A DNA stretch of 64,000 bases from assembly GCF_963921235.1 (NCBI RefSeq), contig NC_086097.1, positions 48,176,001 to 48,240,000 on the forward strand. The letters are read 5' to 3'. Positions 1 through 12,839 of this stretch are shown here, piece after piece (within the stretch, counting starts at the first letter, position 1; every line of letters begins with the position of its first letter). A program made the position numbers and the translations under genes. The notes under the pieces were generated by a model that ran no database searches, had not been told where the DNA came from, and worked only from the letters and a program-made list of their open reading frames with translations. This stretch comes from Mobula hypostoma (lineage: Eukaryota).

Positions 1-128
1 TTTAATATCCCATGTATTAACTGGGTTTATATTTATATATGATAATTACAACAATGACTGTATGATTACTATGTTATTTTAATCTTTATCATTACGATAC
101 TAATAAAAAGATTGATAAAGAAAGAAAA
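1..128 (+). mobile_element. Probable 3' tail of an L1-like LINE that extends upstream of the window
   Basis: AT-rich tract ending aataaaaagattgataaagaaagaaaa, similar to the 3' end (aataaaaagatttaaaaaa) of the L1 at 44153-44171. Confidence 0.4.
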
Positions 129-1854
129 TATTCTGGAAATCAGCACTTCACTGGTTCTGTTTCATCCCAGTTTCCTGTTCTTTTACTCTAACCTTATGGG
201 CACTTTCTTTTTATTAATATTTCCAGTTTAAGGAGTGTGGATTTTGGCTGACTCTGGAAGAACATGGGTACCTGAACAAAGACGAATAAAATCTAATCCC
301 TTCCTTTAATCTTTGAACCTCCACAGAACAGTTGTGATACAACTGCATAAAGCATAGTACGGGTGCGGCTGAGATGATGTGAAGTTGGCACTCTAGATGA
401 ATGACATTGAAGTATTAGCTGATTCTAATACGAAACAGCTCAATTTTAATATGTAAAATATTAAAAATATGTCAGCTGAATCTGGTCAGTGATTTATACT
501 TATTAAATTGGAATGCACGAAGTCACTTTCTCATTGATTCTACCATCAGGTTTCATGTGGGAATAAATCACTGCTGTCCAAATGTTTACTGTGTAACTAC
601 ATCGATTATTATATCTTTCATTCTGGACATTGCTCGAAGAAAAATAATCTGAGGAGGAGACCACCCCTTGACAGAAAAACCATGATTTATAAGGCAGCAG
701 GCTGCAATGCAGTTATTTGTTTCAAAACCTAGATACTGTGACTACATACTTCTCTTTATTTCCGTGTAAACGTAGAAGCTATTTATTCATCAGAGCATCC
801 AAAGGACATTTAAGACAACATTTTATTGGATTTCTATCAGACAATTTGATTTGTCTTAAGAAAAATCAATTGCATTTTTGATTAATCTCCAAAATTCACA
901 AAACTAGCACAAAAGGGCCATTTGCAATAATTGTTATTTTCCCGAGAGAATTTAGAATGGGAAAGGTTGCCTTCTCTGCTTTTTCTTGACCTTTCTCCCT
1001 GGTGTTGCAATGACTTAAAGCTGGGTTTCATTGGCACCAGCTGCTGGCCAGCGCCCCACACAATGTCCATTCCTTGGGTGATGATTGACGATATCTGTGA
1101 GCTGTTTGACAGTGTGGATCGTTACCACTAAACTCAGTCCTTCCTTAATTTGAATTTGCACTTGCATTTGAAGACACTGAGCTGCGGAGAGATGTGTTAG
1201 AAGTTTGCTCTGGTCCAGACGTTCCTAAGCACTGGTAACTGCATGCCAGGGCATCTCAACACATTGCTGGGTCATTTACAGCAGAAGCTGGACCTAGTAC
1301 CAGGCCCCAAGACTTGGCTGCATCATAGGTGACCCATTGCTGGTCTCTGGGTCGGACAGGAGTGCTGACTAATTTGATGTAGGAAGTTTCTGTTGTACTA
1401 ACGCCAGCAGAAAGAATGGTGAAGGAGAGTCATATGGTGGCCAAGATATACACTGATGTAGTTTCTCCTGCCGTGACCCTCTCAGGATAAAACAGATGCG
1501 CAATCTGTACAGGTACTTCACCCTGGGACCATCCCGCTGCCAGCTGACACAGAGCACTCACCTCATCTGGGCACGGTGCTGGTTTTAGCCTGTCAGTGTT
1601 ATAGTTGCTGCTGATCTCCTCACCAACATATGCTAGTGCGGATACTTGGACAGATGGCGGATCTAGAAAGTTGGGTGCCTTAGAAAAGATCGGAAATGTC
1701 TTGCCTGGACCAAAGGCTGTTCCAATGTCTTTCAACAGGCTGGGATGTACAAATGGTGTTGAGGTAGAAGATGAGTTGTGAACTTAATAAATGGTGGAGC
1801 TCATTCAAAGGACTGGATGGCCTATTGCTGTTCTTATTTTTATATTTTTTTGTG

Positions 1855-3660
1855 GTTCAAGATTGCTTGATGTCATTTCCTGTACACAAGTGTAAAGGAG
1901 ATACAAAAAAATGTTACTGTGGGTCCGATGCAACACACACAAAAAAGAACACAATAATAACAAAAAACACAATAAATATAAATCCATAAGCTAGTTTATA
2001 TACATAGATTGAATGTATGTCTATAAAGTGATGCTAGGCTGTTCATAAGGTGACTAACAGAAAATAATAAACTAGCGGTGCAGGTATTGATCCGTCTTAC
2101 TGTTTGGGGAAAGTAACTCTTTTTGAATCTGGTGATTCTGGTGTGGATGTCACGTAGCCTCTTCCCTGATGGGAGAGGGGCAACCAGTCCATGACCAGGG
2201 TGTGTGAGATCCTTCATGATGTTACTGGCCTCTTTCTCTAACATCTCTCTGTATAGATGTCCTTGATGGTGGCTGGGCTGGTGCCAGTGACTCATTGGGC
2301 AGTTTTGACGACCTGATGTAGAGCCTTCTGTGCACAGTTTCCATGCCAAGCAATGAGGCAGCTTGTCAGGATGCTGTCTACTCAGTGTCAGTAGAGTGTC
2401 GTGAGTATGGATGTGCAAAGTCCAGCTCACTTCAGCCTCCTCAGAAAGCAGAGGTGTTGGTGAGCTTCCTTGATTTGTGTAGGATGTGTTCTGGAGCCAT
2501 GAGAGGTTGGTGTGTGATGGGCACTCCCAGGAGTTAGAAACTGCTTGTGGCCTGGTGAGTTCCTCCATCACCTCGTGTGGGTTGCAGCTGATGTAAAGGG
2601 GGTGTGAGTGTGACTGGTGCGAATTCTCCTGAAGTTGATAACAATCTCCTTGTCTTGGTGACATTAAGGGAATGGTTATTTGCCTGGCACCAGGCCCCAA
2701 GCTCTTCCACCTCCTCTCTGTTCGTTGTCTCATGGTTGTTGGTGATAAGCACCAACACTGTTGTGTCATCAGAGAACTTGATGATGTGATTGCTTGAGTG
2801 TTTGGCTGTGCAGTCAAGCGTGAGCAATGGGCTCAGCACACTGGCCTAGGGGCCGGGTGCCCATGCTGAGGATTATAGGGAGGGAGGAGCGATTGTGCAC
2901 CCTGTCCGTCAGAGGCCAGTTTGTTCATCAAGATCTGTGGGACAATAGTGTTGCATGCCGAACTGGAGCGGTTGTGCATGCTGACTGTCTGAGGTCTGTT
3001 CATTAGGAAGTGCAACACCCAGTTTCACAGTAGTGTATTTAGACCAAGGAGTAGGAGTTTGTTCACCGGGGTCTGTGAGACAGTAGTTTTGGATGCCAAA
3101 CTGAAAGCCAGAAACAGCAATCTGACATAAGTGTCCTTGTTTCCATGTATGTTAGGACCAGATGCATGACAGATGCTATGGCATCTGTCGTAGAACAATT
3201 TTTGTTGGCAAGCATATTGGTGAGTGAATGTGGTAGGAATAGAGTTTTTGATATATGCCATTATCAAAGCACTTCATGACGATTGGTGTCAGTGCCACTG
3301 GGCAGTAGTTTTTTAACACTGAAAGTGTAGAGTTCTTTAGTACAGGGATGAAGGAGGCTGATTTGAAGTGTGTGGGGACAGCAGTCTAGATGAGTGAAGT
3401 GTTGAAGATGTCTGGGAGGACATCAGTGAGCTGGTGTGCACACTCCCTCACTACTCAGCCTGGGATGTTGTCTTTGCCCAGCTGCCTTATGGGGGTTGAC
3501 TCTCTGCAGAGTGAAAACCTAGTTTCCATCCATTCCCAGTGGCTTTGATCTTTCCAGCATTGTAGCTGCTGGTCCATGTTGCCTTGTGCATTAAAGCAAT
3601 GTTGCAGAAGTGTACTTTATCTTCACACCAGACTAAATCCTCCCTGGCGTGCCTAAGGTA
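1855..3660 (-). mobile_element. Degenerate Rex1/Babar-type non-LTR retrotransposon (RT and 3' part)
   Basis: Broken ORFs contain IIKFSDDTTV...REEVEELGAWCQANNHSLNVTKT, YVRLLFLAFSLA and DLTHPGHGL..LPSGKRLR..SYFPQTVR. Boundaries approximate. Confidence 0.75.
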
Positions 3661-3761
3661 GCAAGGCAAAAGTCAGACTTGTATTGTTTCCTGTAGTTGG
3701 GCATTGTAGTTGTGTTAATTTTGCATCCATTCCATTTTGAAAGTGGAACTTCTGCTAAATA

Positions 3762-3973
3762 TACACACACAAAATGCTGGAGGAACTCAGCAGGCCAGGC
3801 AGCATCTATGGAGAAGAGTAACCAGGACTGATGAGTCATGAGTTCTGTTGAAGGGTCTTGGCCTGAAATGTCAACTGTACTCTTTTCCATAGATGCTGAC
3901 TGAACTGCTGAGTTCCTCCAGCATTTTGTGTGTGTTGCCTCGGATGTCCAGCATCTGTGGATTTTCTTGCATT
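3762..3973. mobile_element. Short palindromic Penelope-derived element with 9-bp TSD
   Basis: Inverted arms acacacaaaatgctggaggaactcagcag / ctgctgagttcctccagcattttgtgtgt. tgctaaata is duplicated at 3753-3761 and 3974-3982. Confidence 0.7.
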
Positions 3974-5761
3974 TGCTAAATAACATGGCCGCCTTCATAC
4001 CCATTTCAAATAGGAAAAGACACAGATTTTTTTAAACTGTGCTCCATGTATTGATCCATGTAGCAAATCTTCCTTTCTGTCTCTTGACTCATGAAATACA
4101 GCTTCATGTTGTCCTAGCAGGACTTCTGGTACCTCTGTGCATGGAAACTGAACATTGGCCAATTAGTTTTCAGTGTTGCATTATGAATGAGACTTACCCC
4201 TATCAACTGTACACATTTTACAGAAAGAGGTTTTGAAAACCAATCAAGGCACAAAATGCTGGCATATACTGTATATTGCCTTTCTCAAGCTCAGACAGAT
4301 CACTGAATTCCAGTCACCTTTGTCAGTTCAACTGATTTCAGCCGAGGCTGTCAGAAGCCGGTATGCGTGGCAACGCTGCAGCAAGCAGTCTCTTTCACCA
4401 CCCACCAACACTAGAAAATAAATAATTGCTCCTCTTTTTTTAGCACCAAATAATAACAATATCTTTTAATTATATAGTCCCCTTAGTGTTGTGAAGTGTT
4501 GCTGGATTGCCTATTGGAGTGTTGTCTAAAAGTCTCCTTCTGCTGTCCCTCAGTATCAAGTTATTTGGCATGAGTGCTTTTAAGATCGATCAGCAAAAAT
4601 AATGGTTCATATTATAAAACATCCTGTGTGCAATTTGAAATTTTGGTTTGAAAATCTTACATCACTTTCAAACTGTTGGTGTGATTCTGATTTCATGTGT
4701 TTGGTTGTATTGTGTCATGGAAACCTCTTCACAAACAGAAAATGTACAGTGCATTCTATGAACTTTCAAGTCCTCTGATCTTATAAATAGCTAACGTGAT
4801 TGCGCAGAAGTGAACAATTTTGTTGTGTATCTCTTTATAATAGGCATATTGATCATTTTGAATTGAGACAGCCTCCTGGTATAATGGACTAAGCAAAATA
4901 AAGGGTCAGATGCATTTCTTGTGATGTGGTTTTTCACATTTGATGTGAGCAAGAGGGAAATTCATACAACAGCGGAAAGGCTGAATCAGATAAGGACATG
5001 GATTTTAAATGACAAAGAAATTAGTTTCCTGGGTCCTTTGAGCGATTTTCTTTTGAACCCTGTGGAGCCACACTGAAAGTTTCAGTTAATGTGAAGCTGT
5101 TATCAACTAAAGTAATCAAATACCGGGATGTATCTCAAAGATTTTTCTCTCTAAATCAAAACAACTTTTCTAACCTCATATAGGTCAGTAATGGTTTGAA
5201 AATTTTTCACCTCCATGCATTGGCTGGCTTTTCCCTACCTTGCTTCGTTTGCTGCTGAAACCCCCATCCAGGCCTTTGTTAGTGCTAGACCTGATCATTC
5301 AATAGTCCTCAGCCTCTATCTTTTGCAAATAATGTTGCTTATATCTTAACTCATAGCAAGTCAAGTACACCCATCCTGTGTTTGCTGACTTAAATTGGCT
5401 CACAGTTAAGTGACACTTTGAGTTTAGAATTCTTATCCCTTTTTCAAATGTTTTTCCCTGCACTATCTCTGTAACCTGCTCCAAGCCTCCAATGGTATGA
5501 GTTAACAGTGTTCTATAATTCTGGGCTCTTGCTTATCCTCGAGCGAATTACTCATTGTTGGTGGCTGTGCCTTCAGCTGTCAAGACTCATTGCTACCAGA
5601 TAACGAATTCCTGGGTTTGGACCCAACATCACGGAAGGTTATAATTTTCCAAGTCAGATGCTGTGTGTGTCTTGGAGGGGAACTTGCAGGGACTGGTGTT
5701 CTCCTGTACCGTGACCTTCTCCTTCTAGGTGGTTAAGATTATACGTTTTGGCGATGATACT

Positions 5762-6346
5762 AGAGTAACATGAGGTTGTATAAGGCATTGGTGAGGCCGA
5801 ATCTGGAGTATTGTGTTCAGTTTTGGTCACCAAATTACAGGAAGGATATAAATAAGGTTGAAAGAGTGCAGAGAAGGTTTACAAGGATGTTGCCGGGACT
5901 TGAGAAACTCAGTTACAGAGAAAGGTTGAATAGGTTAGGACTTTATTCCCTGGAGCGTAGAAGAATGAGGGGAGATTTGATAGAGGTATATAAAATTATG
6001 ATGGGTATAGAGAGTGAATGCAAGCAGGCTTTTTCCACTGAGGCAAGGGGAGAAAAAAACCAGAGGACATGGGTTAAGGGTGAGGGGGGAAAAGTTTAAA
6101 GGGAACATTGTGGGGGGGCTTCTTCACACAGAGAGTGGTGGGAGTATGGAATGAGTTGCCAGACGAGGTGGTAAATGCAGGTTCTTTTTTAACATTTAAG
6201 AATAAATTGGATAGATACATGGATGGGAGGTGTATGGGGGGATATGGTCCGTGTGCAGGTCAGTGGGACTAGGCAGAAAATGGTTCGGCACAGCCAAGAA
6301 GGGCCAAAAGGCCTGTTTCTGTGCTGTAGTTTGTCTATGGTTTCTA
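5762..6346 (+). mobile_element. CR1 LINE 3' fragment
   Basis: LYKALVRPNLEYCVQFWSP...LERRRMRGDLIEVYKIM, followed by a CR1-type 3' UTR ending ctatggtttcta. Confidence 0.9.
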
Positions 6347-6800
6347 ACTTCATGGCCTCCTCTTTTGCCATGATGAGGCCACTCTCAGACTGGAGGAGAA
6401 ACACCTCATATTCTGTTTAGGTAGCCTCCAACCTGATGGCATGAGCATTTATTTCTCCTTCCAGAAAAAGAAAAAATTCCCTCCACTTTCTCTCTTCTTC
6501 TATTCCAAACTCTGGCCTCTTACTTCTTCTCTTCACCTGCCTATCACATTCCGCTGGTGTCCCTCCTTTTTCCTTCTCCTCTCCTATCAAATACTTTCTT
6601 CTCCAGTCTTTTACCTTTCCCACCCACTTATCACCTTCTAGCTGGTCCTCCTTCAACTCCTCCCACCTTTTAATTCTGGCATCTTCCCCCTACTTTTCCA
6701 GTCCTGAAGAAGGGCCTTGGCCTGAAACATCAACAGTTTTTTTTTCATTTCCATCAGTGTTGTCTCACCTGCTGAGTTTCTCCAGAATCGTGTGTGTACT
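6347..6800 (+). mobile_element. Penelope-like element 3' fragment
   Basis: Similar to 27980-28468 (catggcctcctc...ggtagcctccaacctgatggcatga..., pyrimidine tract, cctgaagaaggg...gaaa). Confidence 0.7.
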
Positions 6801-6949
6801 GCTCTGGGTGAGTAACTATCCTGTATTGTGTGATAGTTACGTTGTAGCAACAGTGTTTTGATGGTGAAGGGAGTGAATAATCAATAGTCAAGTAAACTGC
6901 TTAAAACAGGAAAAATATTTAACGATGAGAGAAAGTCGAGGGGCATTTA

Positions 6950-8600
6950 TTCTAGTTCAAATTTATTGTTTTCTGACTGCACAAACAACTAAATGAAACA
7001 ATGTGCCTCTGGACCATTGTGCTGCCTCAGAACATATACCACACACAGCACATAAAACAAAATATTGCCACAAATAAGTTAATACAATTTAATTTAAAGT
7101 GCATGTAGTGTGCAGCACAGGTAAACAGTAAACAGCTCACTGTCCTAGTGACGAGACCTTGGTGGTGTCAGGGTCTCAGAGCCTGAGGGAAGAGGCTATT
7201 ATCCAATCTGGCAGTCCTGGTCCTGATGCCCCTGTACCTCCTTCCTGTTGGTAGAGGGTTAAAGAGATAGTTGAATGGGTGGTTGGGATCCTCAACAATG
7301 CTTCAGGCCCTTAGTACTCAATGTGCCCAGGAAATATCACAAATAGAGGGGAGCGAGACTCCGGTGACCTTTTTGGTGGTCTTTACTATCCCCTGAAGGG
7401 TCTTGTAGTCGATGCCTTGCAGCTTCCATACTACACAGTGATGATGTCAGACAGGACACTGTCGATGGTGGCCCTGTAGAAAGTTGTTAAAATGGGAGCG
7501 AGGAGCCTTGCACGCCTCAGTCTCCTCAGAAAATGTAGATGCTGCTGTGCCTTCTTGACTGATGAGGAAGTGTCGTGGGTCCAGGTTAGATTGTCCATTG
7601 TGTGCACACAAAGAAACTTTGTGCTCTTCCCACTGATGTGCAATGGAGAGTGGTTGACCTGTGCCTTCCTGAAATCCACAATCATCTCTTTCATCTTGTC
7701 CATGTTGAGACGCGGGTTGCTCTCACACCATTTGACAAGCCTTTCTACCTCCTCTCTGCATACCAACACATTTTTGCTGATGAGGCCAACCACTGTTGTA
7801 TCATTAGCAAACTTAATGATGTACTTTGATCTGGATCTGGCTGTGCATTTGTGAGTCAGCAGTGTGAATGGCTCTGGTGGGTACCAGTGCTTGAGATGTT
7901 GCTGCTGATTCAGACTGACTGGGGTCTTTCTGTCAAGAAGTCCAAGATCAGTTACAGAGAGGGGTACTGAGTCTCAGTGAGGACAGGTTACCCACCAGCC
8001 TCTGAAGGATGATCATGTAAAATGTGAGCTGAAGTCGATGAAAACAACCTGGCATATAAGGCATCGTTTCTATGTGCGACAGGACAGAGTAAAGGGCCGA
8101 GGATATGGCATCATCAGTGCACCAATATAAGCAGTAGGTAAACTGAAAAGGGTCCAATGTAGCTGGAAAGTGGGAATTTATATGATCCATTACAACCTGC
8201 TCAAAGCACTTCATGATTGTTGAGGTCTGTGCCACTGGGCAGTAATTGTTTTAGGACAATCACTCTCTTGGGCACTGGAATGATGGTGGGTGCCTTGGAG
8301 CTTGCAGAGACAGTGGACTGTTGCAAAGAAATATTAAAGGTTTCAATTTAGACCTCTGTCATCTGGGCTGTACAACTCTTCAGCATCCAACCAGGTGTGG
8401 GTTTACCTGGCTGGGATCCTCTTCATCTCGACTGCAGCTGGACAGGGTGTCTGTTCCTCAGGGGGGAAAAGGACTTTCCTTGATATCACATCATTCATTG
8501 CAACAAATCGTGTATAGAAGGCATTCAGCCTCTTAGGAAGGGAGGTGTCGCCATTGTGAGAGCAAATATGGAAACTCCGTGAACCTCAGAATTATGTTCT
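6950..8600 (-). mobile_element. Degenerate Rex1/Babar-type LINE
   Basis: ORF remnants TSTIMKCFEQVV..LDPFQF..TDDAI and REEVERLVKWC..KEMIVDFRK..KKAQQHLHFLRRL..FYRATIDSVL. Boundaries approximate. Confidence 0.78.
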
Positions 8601-8879
8601 GTGGAGGAAATGTTATGATTAAGTTTGGGAAAATTGGTAGTAGATTATTTTTTAAGAACTATTTGGGTCATCTCTTCCTCACCTCTTAATCTCCTGTCTA
8701 GCTTTACATCATCTACAAACTCAGATTCGTTATGCTCATTCTTGCAATACTAAGTCTCTTTTATGGTGAGTAAATGAGCAAAGTTCAAGTACTAATTTTG
8801 TGCAGTTGGCACATTATTGAAGGCTTTTTCCATGTTCACTGGTTCCCCAACATTTAGTCTGGATGAATTTCGACAACTG

Positions 8880-9700
8880 ACCCAGGGGAAACATTATTTC
8901 TGGATTGACCATGTCAAGCTCTATAGGAATTTTGTATATTTCAGTGAGATCATCTCTTATTCTTCTGAACTACAGAAAGCATAAGTCCAGACTGCTTGTT
9001 TCCTTTTTATAGTTCAATACCCCTCATCCCAGCAATCAATCTGGTGAATAACATTGCATTCCCTCTATCAGAAGTATACCCTTCCGTAGATAAGGAGACT
9101 AGACTTACACACACCATTCCAGATACAGGCTCATCAGGGCTCCATACTATCATAGTAAGGTGTCTTTATTCTTAAATGCAAATATTTTTTCTAATTCAGG
9201 CCAATATACTACATTCCTTCCTCGTTTCTTACTGTAGCTGTATTCTAATGTTTAGTGTAGTTCAGGCTTGTGTACGATTTTCAATCACTTACAGGACGTC
9301 TCTATTTGTATTCCATCTGGCTTGCCCTTACCTATTCACTTAGCCTTTCTATGTCTCTTCGAAGCTTCTCTTCAATATCCTTACAATTCAGTCTGTCATC
9401 GAGCTTTGCATCATCACTCAATTTGGATGCTCATACTCAGTCTCCTCATTCAAACTTTTCTTTGGCTCTATGGCAAATTTTAGTGAAGGCTTTTTGGTGC
9501 TCTGGTTTCCCCCAGTTTAGTCTACAATGTTTGAGAAACCTGACCCAGGGAAAACTCAGTGTCCTCATCATAATTATTTTATTCATAGTGAATGTTGATT
9601 TTTTAAAAAATATGTTCTTTTATGGGGTCTCTAATCGATTCCAACATTTTCTCTTCCACCAATGTCGGAACAATTTTCCCCTACTTCTATATCCATTCTC
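8880..9700 (-). mobile_element. Old, highly degenerate CR1-like remnants
   Basis: Reverse strand resembles CR1 ORF2 C-terminal DNA (e.g. cacaccattccagata..., cttattcttctgaac); no intact ORF. Confidence 0.4.
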
Positions 9701-9749
9701 CATACCTTATTCAGTTGTGTGGGTAGACTTGCCACATGAATTTCTGTGG

Positions 9750-9941
9750 TTAACCTGAACTGGTCTAGCCATATAAACACTGCGGCTACCAGAGTAGGTC
9801 AAAGGCTAGGAATTCTGTGGCGTGTAACTCACCTCCTGACTCCCTAAAGCCTGTCCACCATCGACAAGGCTCAGGTCAGGAGTGTAATGGAATACTCGCC
9901 AATCGCCTGGATGAGTGCAACTCCATTAACACTCAAGAAGC
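9750..9941 (+). mobile_element. CR1/L2-group LINE RT C-terminal fragment
   Basis: Translates SHINTAATRVGQRLGILWRV...KAQVRSVMEYSPIAW with one internal stop. Confidence 0.55.
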
Positions 9942-10340
9942 TTTCTCTCTGCGTGTAAGTAGTACGAATGGTGGACGCAGGCAAGTTCAACGCACGCACA
10001 ATGTCTTTATTTCGTTCACCACGATCGAAACACTTAATTACGTCCAGTTTTACGCTAAGCGTAACACCCTTACGAGCTCTCTTAGGCTTTTCTGATACCT
10101 TAGGACACAACTTGCTAACGGATGCACAAAATAAATCGAGATAAAGCACTCTCGCTGCTCAGGGTGCGCACTGCGTCTATAACAGCTCGCTGCAAAGCAA
10201 ACACTGAACGCTATTTTTGCTTTTCGTAACACCCTTATGAGCTCTCTTAGGCTTTTATACAAGGGACTTGAGTATCCGCGAATTTTGGTATCTGTGGGGG
10301 GTCCCAGAACCAGTCTCCCGCGGATACGGAAGACTGACTG
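9942..10340 (-). mobile_element. Tigger/pogo DNA transposon fragment (one terminus plus CENP-B-type HTH)
   Basis: ORF 9871-10149(-) contains KRARKGVTLSVKLDVIKCFDRGERNKDIVRALNLPASTIRT. Terminus ...gactgactg|TA at 10340-10342. Confidence 0.75.
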
Positions 10341-11464
10341 TAAAATAAATCTAGTGAGGCCCTCCAGAATGTAGGAAACTCCAGAGATCAATCTATCTAC
10401 CAGTGCTATATCCTGTTTTCTCAAAACCTTCAACTTCGGCCTATCAGGAGATGTATCGGCACCTAATCTCATTGATTCCTTCATTGCCACTTCTCTACTA
10501 ATCCTAATTTCTGAAATTCATTTCTCAGGAGGAATTTAATGGAACTTCCATTTGTGTTGTTAAGTAAGTGGAATAAATTCCAGAATAGAATAGGTTTTAT
10601 ATATCAATTGTGTTGTTTTTTTTAAATCTTTGCTTTTTTTTCATTTTACAGAAAAGTTAGGTGAAGTTTCTTCAGTTCAATCATTTATGAATTAACAATT
10701 ACCTTCTGCATTTTCTGTTAATGCTGGAGGGCATCAATTTCCTAAATATAAACCAATATTTTTGTTAGCAGAATGCATTATTGGGCAAATTTCCTGCTTA
10801 TTGACAATGATGATAATTTTCAAAAATTAAATATGATAAAATAATGTTTTCTTGGCTGATAGATAAATGTCATTACAATAATCTCTTGCTTTGCGGTGCT
10901 CCACATGAGTCTGACTTTCCCACATTTCTTGTCTCTCCTGTCACACTACATTTTTGTTGTTTCTTTAAAAGCTTTCAGTCAAGGAGTGACATGTTCTCAC
11001 CTTCACAAGTGTACAGGGGAGATGACACCCTGCAGTTAATACATTAAAGTTCTTATCCTTTCTGGATCTCCAGGTGTAACTTTTTATGGAAGGGTGCATA
11101 TTTTTACAGATTAAATTAATGCATTTTCACAGGCTTGTTAAGGTTAAGTAGGTACCTCTGCGATATTTCAATTGTGAATTTAGTTAACGGAAATTGCCTA
11201 ACTCGTGCGTGTTTCTGTCATTTCACACCTATTCTTTAAGCTATTCTTTATGTCCTTCGAAGTGGGAGAAACATTAAGTGAGTTTCCTTCACAGCGGGCG
11301 GGGCGGGGCGGGGGGAAGGACGCACAGGGAAAAAGGCGTGTGAATTGCATCATAGAACAGGGCAAAAAGCTTCGCAACTTCTTGTCACAATGTGCCAGAC
11401 TGCAGTTTGAATGGAACTGTTACTTTTCACATCAAATCTTAGTACAGAGGCAAACCATTAGGTA

Positions 11465-12346
11465 CAGCGCCTTGAAAATGTATTCAGCCCCCAACCATTT
11501 GTTCACATAAGTGAGTCTTACAACCAGGGATTTTGATCAATTTAACTAAGAAATTTTATTTGTGAATCACACGCTCCCCTTTTTCATAGTAGAGTCCCCA
11601 AAAAAAGGAAATTTCTGAAGCATGTAAACTAAAAATTGAAAAATTGAAATGTCAGCAGTTTAAAAGTATTCATCCTCCTTTGCTCAGTACTGAGCAGAAC
11701 CACCTCTCACAGCTATTACAGCCAGTAGTCTTTTTGGATAAGTCTCTACTAGCTTTGCACAATGTGATGGAGCAAGATGTGCCCATTCCTCCTTGCAAAA
11801 TTGCCCAGACTGTGCCAGGTTGCAGTATCTTCTAAGTGACGCTTTGCAAAGTCTTTACGGGCAAAGATATGCTTTTTTTTAGCAGCATGTATGGCATAAA
11901 TAAGAGATTACACATCTGATATTGTACATCAGCTAGGTAATAGCATTCCTATTGGAGGTAGAGTGTACACTGGAGGTATGGAGGAGGTAGTATTACGCAA
12001 TGGGGTGGCTTTTCAGCAGCAGAGTCTGGAAATCCAGCCAGAATTGATGGGAAGGTGAATGCTGCTAAATACAGAGAGATCCTGGATAAGAACCTGCTAG
12101 CCTCTGCTCGAAAGCTTAAACTGGAGGTGAATACTTTTGAACTGCTGACGTTTCAGTTTTGTTAGTTTGAATTGTTAGTTTTTCATGCTTTAGAATTTTC
12201 CCTGGTTTGGGGCTCTAGTGTGGGGGAAAAATAGGAGCATGTGATTCACAAATAAAAATTCTCAGTTGAAATGATCAAAATCCCTGGTTGTAATACTCAT
12301 TTATGTGAACAAAGGGTTGGGGGCTAAATACTTTTTCAAGGCACTG
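11465..12346. mobile_element. Non-autonomous Tc1 derivative with long TIRs and TA TSD
   Basis: TA|cagcgccttgaaaatgtattcagccccc ... gggggctaaatactttttcaaggcactg|TA. Inverted similarity extends >110 bp; transposase fragments inside. Confidence 0.85.
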
Positions 12347-12643
12347 TAACAATTACAGGTTGGCTCAGCCATAATATTGAAACCTGACCCAACCATGGCT
12401 AGCTACCAGAACCCCTCCCCAAGTGCTTAAGTTTTCCCATACCCGACCCAAGCCAGAGGCATTTCCAGAAAGAAATGACACGCTGACTTGTGCATCTGGA
12501 TTAAGGAACAGTAAAAGTAAGCAGACTATGCTGACCTGGATCAAGTATTAAACTGCCCTGATCCAACCTAAATATTTCAGCATATTATATCATGCATAGC
12601 TGTGTCCCCTTGGGCCCAGACTGGGTAGCCAATCTGCACTAGC

Positions 12644-12726
12644 GACATCCTATGTAAGCGTTCTGCTAGAATATAGACAAATGTTGACATCCTATGTAAG
12701 CTTTCTGCTAGAATGTAGACAAATGT
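12644..12726. repeat. 42-bp tandem duplication (2 copies)
   Basis: gacatcctatgtaagc(g/t)ttctgctagaat(a/g)tagacaaatgt starts at 12644 and at 12686. Confidence 0.9.
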
Positions 12727-12839
12727 CACAATGTGTTCAAAGCTTATTCAGGAACATGGAATTTAAACTAAAGAAGATTTTAGGAGGAGGAAGGTTCAAA
12801 AACATAAAATCAATGTGAGAGAACCTAACAGTTGTATCT

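Noticed and set aside
9270..9758. 162-aa hydrophobic ORF as a membrane protein
   Set aside because: Low-complexity S/L/F-rich translation of the pyrimidine-rich antisense strand of a decayed LINE.
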